NCBI GenBank assembly: GCA_030770535.1 | Contig: JASVEC010000017.1 | Span: 620,001 to 684,000 of the forward strand | Length of the DNA: 64,000 nt | From: Batkoa obscura | Lineage: Eukaryota | Direction of reading: 5' to 3' | Shown here: piece by piece, positions 60,195 through 64,000 of the stretch | Layout of the letters: every line of letters begins with the position of its first letter | How positions within the stretch are numbered: position 1 is the first letter of the stretch | Program-made: the position numbers and the translations under genes | Notes under the pieces: model-generated | What the model saw: only the letters and a program-made list of their open reading frames with translations | Database searches by the model: none | What the model was told of the DNA's origin: nothing

Positions 60195-60599
60195 GTTATT
60201 ATTATTATTATTATTATTTTCTGTTTCCATATTAGTCAATGGTAATGAATAATTACTTTCAACTTTAGTTATAGCTGGGTTATTGTTATTAGTATTAGGA
60301 ACTTGTTGTTGTTGTTGTTGTTGTTGTTGTTGAGTATTATTGATCTCAAGGTTATTACAATTATTATTAAAATTAAGATTGATATTTAAATTACACTTTG
60401 GAATAGTAAAGATGGTATTCATATCCGTATTATCTTTAATATTAATATTTTTATTATCCTCTTCTTTATTTTCTTCACTGTCTTGTTGTTGTTTTAATGA
60501 TAAGTGATGTATTGTTGCTTCTGTTATTGTATTTTTAAAATTTAATGAATTATTAATAGAAGGTAATTTAATAGATAAATTTAATGTTAAGATGGACAT
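57517..60599 (-). CDS. DH-PH Rho guanine-nucleotide exchange factor, complement join(57517..59249,59310..59346,59405..59691,59783..60599)
   Basis: RYYLIQELIETELNFLNNL, LILPIQRLTRYSLLL...T..DHPDY DH motifs followed by a PH-like region; three GT-AG introns join the ORFs in frame; N-terminal poly-N/poly-Q tracts. Confidence 0.88.
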
Positions 60600-61775
60600 A
60601 ATAAATTTTTATTCCATTAATTATTGAATGGTATATAATTAAGTTTATTTGATCAAGTTATTATTGAAGATTGAGTAATTTGGATAAAAATTGATAGTGA
60701 AAATGAATTAAGTTTAATATGGGTTGGGTGTAGTTTAAGCCTTACTTTAATCAAATAGAATTTGATTGGTGATTATTTAAACCATTTTATTGGTTCTTTT
60801 TTCAAAAAATGCTATCATCGGTTTTCAAGTTTTCATTATTTTTAACAATAATTTTAGATAATTCTATGTTGAATAAGTTCACTTGTTTAATAAATTAATA
60901 ATATTATTTAAACTATTTTTATTGATAGCATTTTTAATTTTATTTATTAATGCTTGAATTACAATTTATCAATTATTTTTCATGAATTAATGATAAGTAA
61001 AAATGTTTGAGGGTAAAATGGAAATTTTTTAATAAAATATTAGTATGTTTGAGTTTGAAATCTCTTCATTAAATAAAAATTAGATTCAAAATTAAAATGA
61101 TGCACTAAATAAAAATCCCTATTCTAACAAAAAAATAAAATCAAAATATGGATTTATTCCTTATTCCTGTTAGCATAATCAAAGTCCATAGTTTAATAAA
61201 ATCAAAATACTCGTACTATTTTATTAATATTAATATTAATATTATTACTATTAATAATATTATTATTTATATTATTATTTATATTATTTATATTATTTAT
61301 ATTATTATTATTATTATTATTATTGAATTTTTCTATTTAAAATTCAATCGAAATCTATCTAGAATAATTAACCCCCAATCTTAACAGTATCATAATTTCA
61401 ATTAAGTGGCTGAACAATAATGAACCCTTTATTTTTTCTGTTATCAATTTTCAATTATAACAACAATAATAATAAAAACAGTTCAATTTTACTTGTGGCT
61501 TAAATCTACTTGAAGTTTATTTTCCACTTTTTTTTGCCACTTTTTATCTTTTTTTTTTGGCTATTTTTCAATAGTAAAAAATATGACACTTATTTTTAAT
61601 ATTAACAATCAATTGATAAACTGAACTAATTAGGTCAATCAAAGTCAATATAGCGTAATAATGATTAATTAATTTATAATTGATGTGAAAGAGAGAAGTG
61701 ATACTATCAGTTTCTTAAATGATGGAAATTTCTGAATGAACAACGTTATTTAATTCAAATTGCTTTTGTTAATAT

Positions 61776-61874
61776 GAGGGGTGTTTTTTTTGGCTTCATT
61801 ACTTTTTACGTTTTTTAAGCGCACTACTTGAGTAGAATAATTAGTAAAATTCTTAAACACAAAAATACATCCTC
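61776..61874. mobile_element. MITE family A copy
   Basis: ATAT-GAGGGGTG...CATCCTC-ATAT. Confidence 0.85.
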
Positions 61875-62419
61875 ATATGAATTTAAACTTCATTTTAAAA
61901 AATCAAATAAAATTTAAAAACTAAATAAAAAATGGAATTAATTAATAATTTGAAATTTTATTTTGAATTAATATAAAAGATAAAATTATTGAACTAATTT
62001 TTGAAAATATTAATTGAATATTCAATTTTAATAACCCCTTTTTTTTATTTGAATATTAATTTATGATTTTAACACGTTCAGTTATTATAGAGATTAAAAT
62101 ATAATTATTAAATTCTATTTTAAAAAATAATATTTTTAAATAAAATAACTTAAATAAGCTTTTAATATAGTTAGTTACTAATAGTTGTTTTAAAATTGAC
62201 AAAAATATTATTAGTACTAGAATATTTTTTTTATAAAATTTTATAAGTTTAATAATAAATAAATTGTTAAATTATAATCAATTTTTGTCTGTTTTTAAAC
62301 TATGTCCTTGGTTAGTTTTGTATTTATTTAGTTTTTATAATTTATTTTTATTAATAAATAATACTAAAACTAGAAACGTTTATATTTTAAAAAAAAAAGT
62401 AATATTCTATCAAAATATA

Positions 62420-62949
62420 GGGGGTGTGAAAGTTGGTACTCAGTGGTAGGAGTTAAAAGCAGTTCTTGGTTGATTAACTTGCCTTGAGTTGAACGGTTTT
62501 AGTTTATGTAACTAAGATAGACTTAAATGAATAAGAATAATACGTAATAAGTTACGAACTATGTAAAACAAATAGAATAGAAGATACTACTGTAAAATCT
62601 ACCTAAGACATTGTCAGAAAGACTAAGTGGCTTTATTAATGGTACGATATCAAGGAGTAATTCAGTTAAAAAGCCTCGAGTTATTATGTTGAAGAATCTC
62701 TTTTATACTCTTTGCAATGTGAAGTTAGAAATTCTCGCAGCAAATCAAAATAAAGGACTCTGAGTTGATTGTGTTTGAACTTGAGAACACAGCAATTTGA
62801 GTGATTGTTGTGTTATAATCAATCTGAGAGCTAATAAACCAATATTTCACAGGGGTGTTTTTTTTGGCTTCATTATTTTTTCCATTTTTTAAGCGCTATT
62901 TCAGCAGAAAGATTGTTAGTAAAATCCCTAAACAAAAAAATACATCCCC
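62420..62949. mobile_element. MITE family A copy split by the solo-LTR-like element
   Basis: TATA-GGGGG [insert] GGGGTGTTTTTTT...CATCCCC-TATA. Confidence 0.85.
62425..62851. mobile_element. Solo-LTR-like element, 427 bp, GGGG target duplication
   Basis: GGGG-TGTGAAAGTTGG...CCAATATTTCACA-GGGG; homologous to 14047-14505. Confidence 0.82.
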
Positions 62950-63897
62950 TATATATATATATTGATAATTTAAAGCAAATAAAAATATTAAACTAACAAT
63001 AAGTTTTTTCATATAACAGTATAAATAATAAAATTTAAAATTAAATTATTTTAAATATTAAATAAAAAAATAAAATTTATTAAATTAAATATATATAAAT
63101 GTTTATTTTTTAATTAGTTTAAAATTATAGAAACATTATTTAAATTACATTTGAAAGTTTCATTTATTAATTTTTAAATTAACTAATTATATTGAAAAAC
63201 ATTTTAAATATTATTTATATTAACAAAAGATAAGTTTAAATATTATACTGCTTTAGCTTAAAAATAAAATTCCAATTATTAAATATTTATTTAGCTTTCT
63301 ATATTTATGAAAAAAAATTAATTTGTTAAACTTTGAATGTTTATATTTAATAAATTGTTTCTTCATTATAACTTTTTTTTTTAAAATTGAATATCTTAAA
63401 ACAAATGTAAAATATAATTTACTAATTATTTTTCAGATTTTAAAGCAAAAATGCCAAGTGTTTTCAAAAATTTAAAATGAAAGCTAATTGATTTTAAATA
63501 TTACAACATACTATTAAGTTACTATAAAATATAGTAACATATACTTTGGAATCAAGCCATGACTAATAGTTAGATAAAAAAGGATGTTGATATTGACTTT
63601 AACTCTAAATTTAGTAGATCACATAGTGGTACTTTGAAATTATTATATTTGAACGCTTATTTTTGTATTTGACCTCCTTTTCATTTTTTTACAGAACTAT
63701 ATTTAACTTTAATTCGTTAATTTAGAATAATTAACTTTGTGGACCAATCGGATTTCTTATTATTTAAAACATAGAACATTATTAATGAAATCAATTAAAA
63801 AGCTAAAACAACTTTAATCTATTGATTTAGTTTACAATAAGCGGTGAATTATGTACTATATATACAATGAACATACCCAGTACATGCCTTACAAATT

Positions 63898-64000
63898 ATG
63901 AATGAGTTAAATTTTATTAAAAGTGAATCCACATCTCCGAAGCAAAAGGAGAGGGTGGTATTGAGCATGGCACAAAGATTAGAAATTATAAATCTAGGCG
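63898..64000 (+). CDS. Partial ORF with CENP-B / pogo-type N-terminal HTH, runs off the window
   Basis: MNELNFIKSESTSPKQKERVVLSMAQRLEIINLG resembles the 'R..LT..QKLEII' start of CENP-B/Tigger HTH domains. Only 34 codons are visible. Confidence 0.5.
   Translation, partial: MNELNFIKSESTSPKQKERVVLSMAQRLEIINLG

Noticed and set aside
58680..60330. (TTA)n and (TTG)n tracts
   Set aside because: They encode poly-Asn and poly-Gln in the RhoGEF; ordinary low complexity in AT-rich genomes.
61148..61384. 78-aa Ile-rich ORF
   Set aside because: Translation of (TAT)n low-complexity DNA.
4596..62949. Family A repeat as a CRISPR array or SINE
   Set aside because: Copies are dispersed in both orientations with terminal inverted repeats and 4-bp duplications; no spacers, Pol III boxes or A-tail.

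Overview
A very AT-rich eukaryotic region. Short GT-AG introns of about 50-90 nt, Zn2Cys6 transcription factors and fungal housekeeping genes point to a fungus, most plausibly an early-diverging (Conidiobolus-like) lineage; the taxon is an inference. I can support about 24 protein-coding genes, one pseudogene and one tRNA-Ala(AGC). The genes include a head-to-head pair of secreted tyrosinases, three intronless secreted CAP/SCP proteins of a subtype I recognise as bacterial-like, four Zn2Cys6 regulators, COX12, a GPI-anchored Cys-rich protein, a tail-anchored TPR protein, an MFS sugar porter, BTN1, HSP104, a four-exon stand-alone I9 protease inhibitor missed by the ORF track, CSN1, a cytochrome P450, PRP9, a mitochondrial-type ABCB half-transporter, arginase and a DH-PH RhoGEF. 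Intergenic DNA holds about 18 copies of a ~97-bp MITE with G(G/A)G...C(C/T)C ends and 4-bp, mostly ATAT, target duplications. These form nests and a four-element chain joined by shared ATAT sites. There is also a ~430-460-bp TG...CA solo-LTR-like element that both contains and is contained by the MITE, a TA-flanked CAG...CTG MITE, a foldback element, and the start of a CENP-B/pogo-like ORF at the right edge. Exon boundaries were read by eye and may be off by a few bases.
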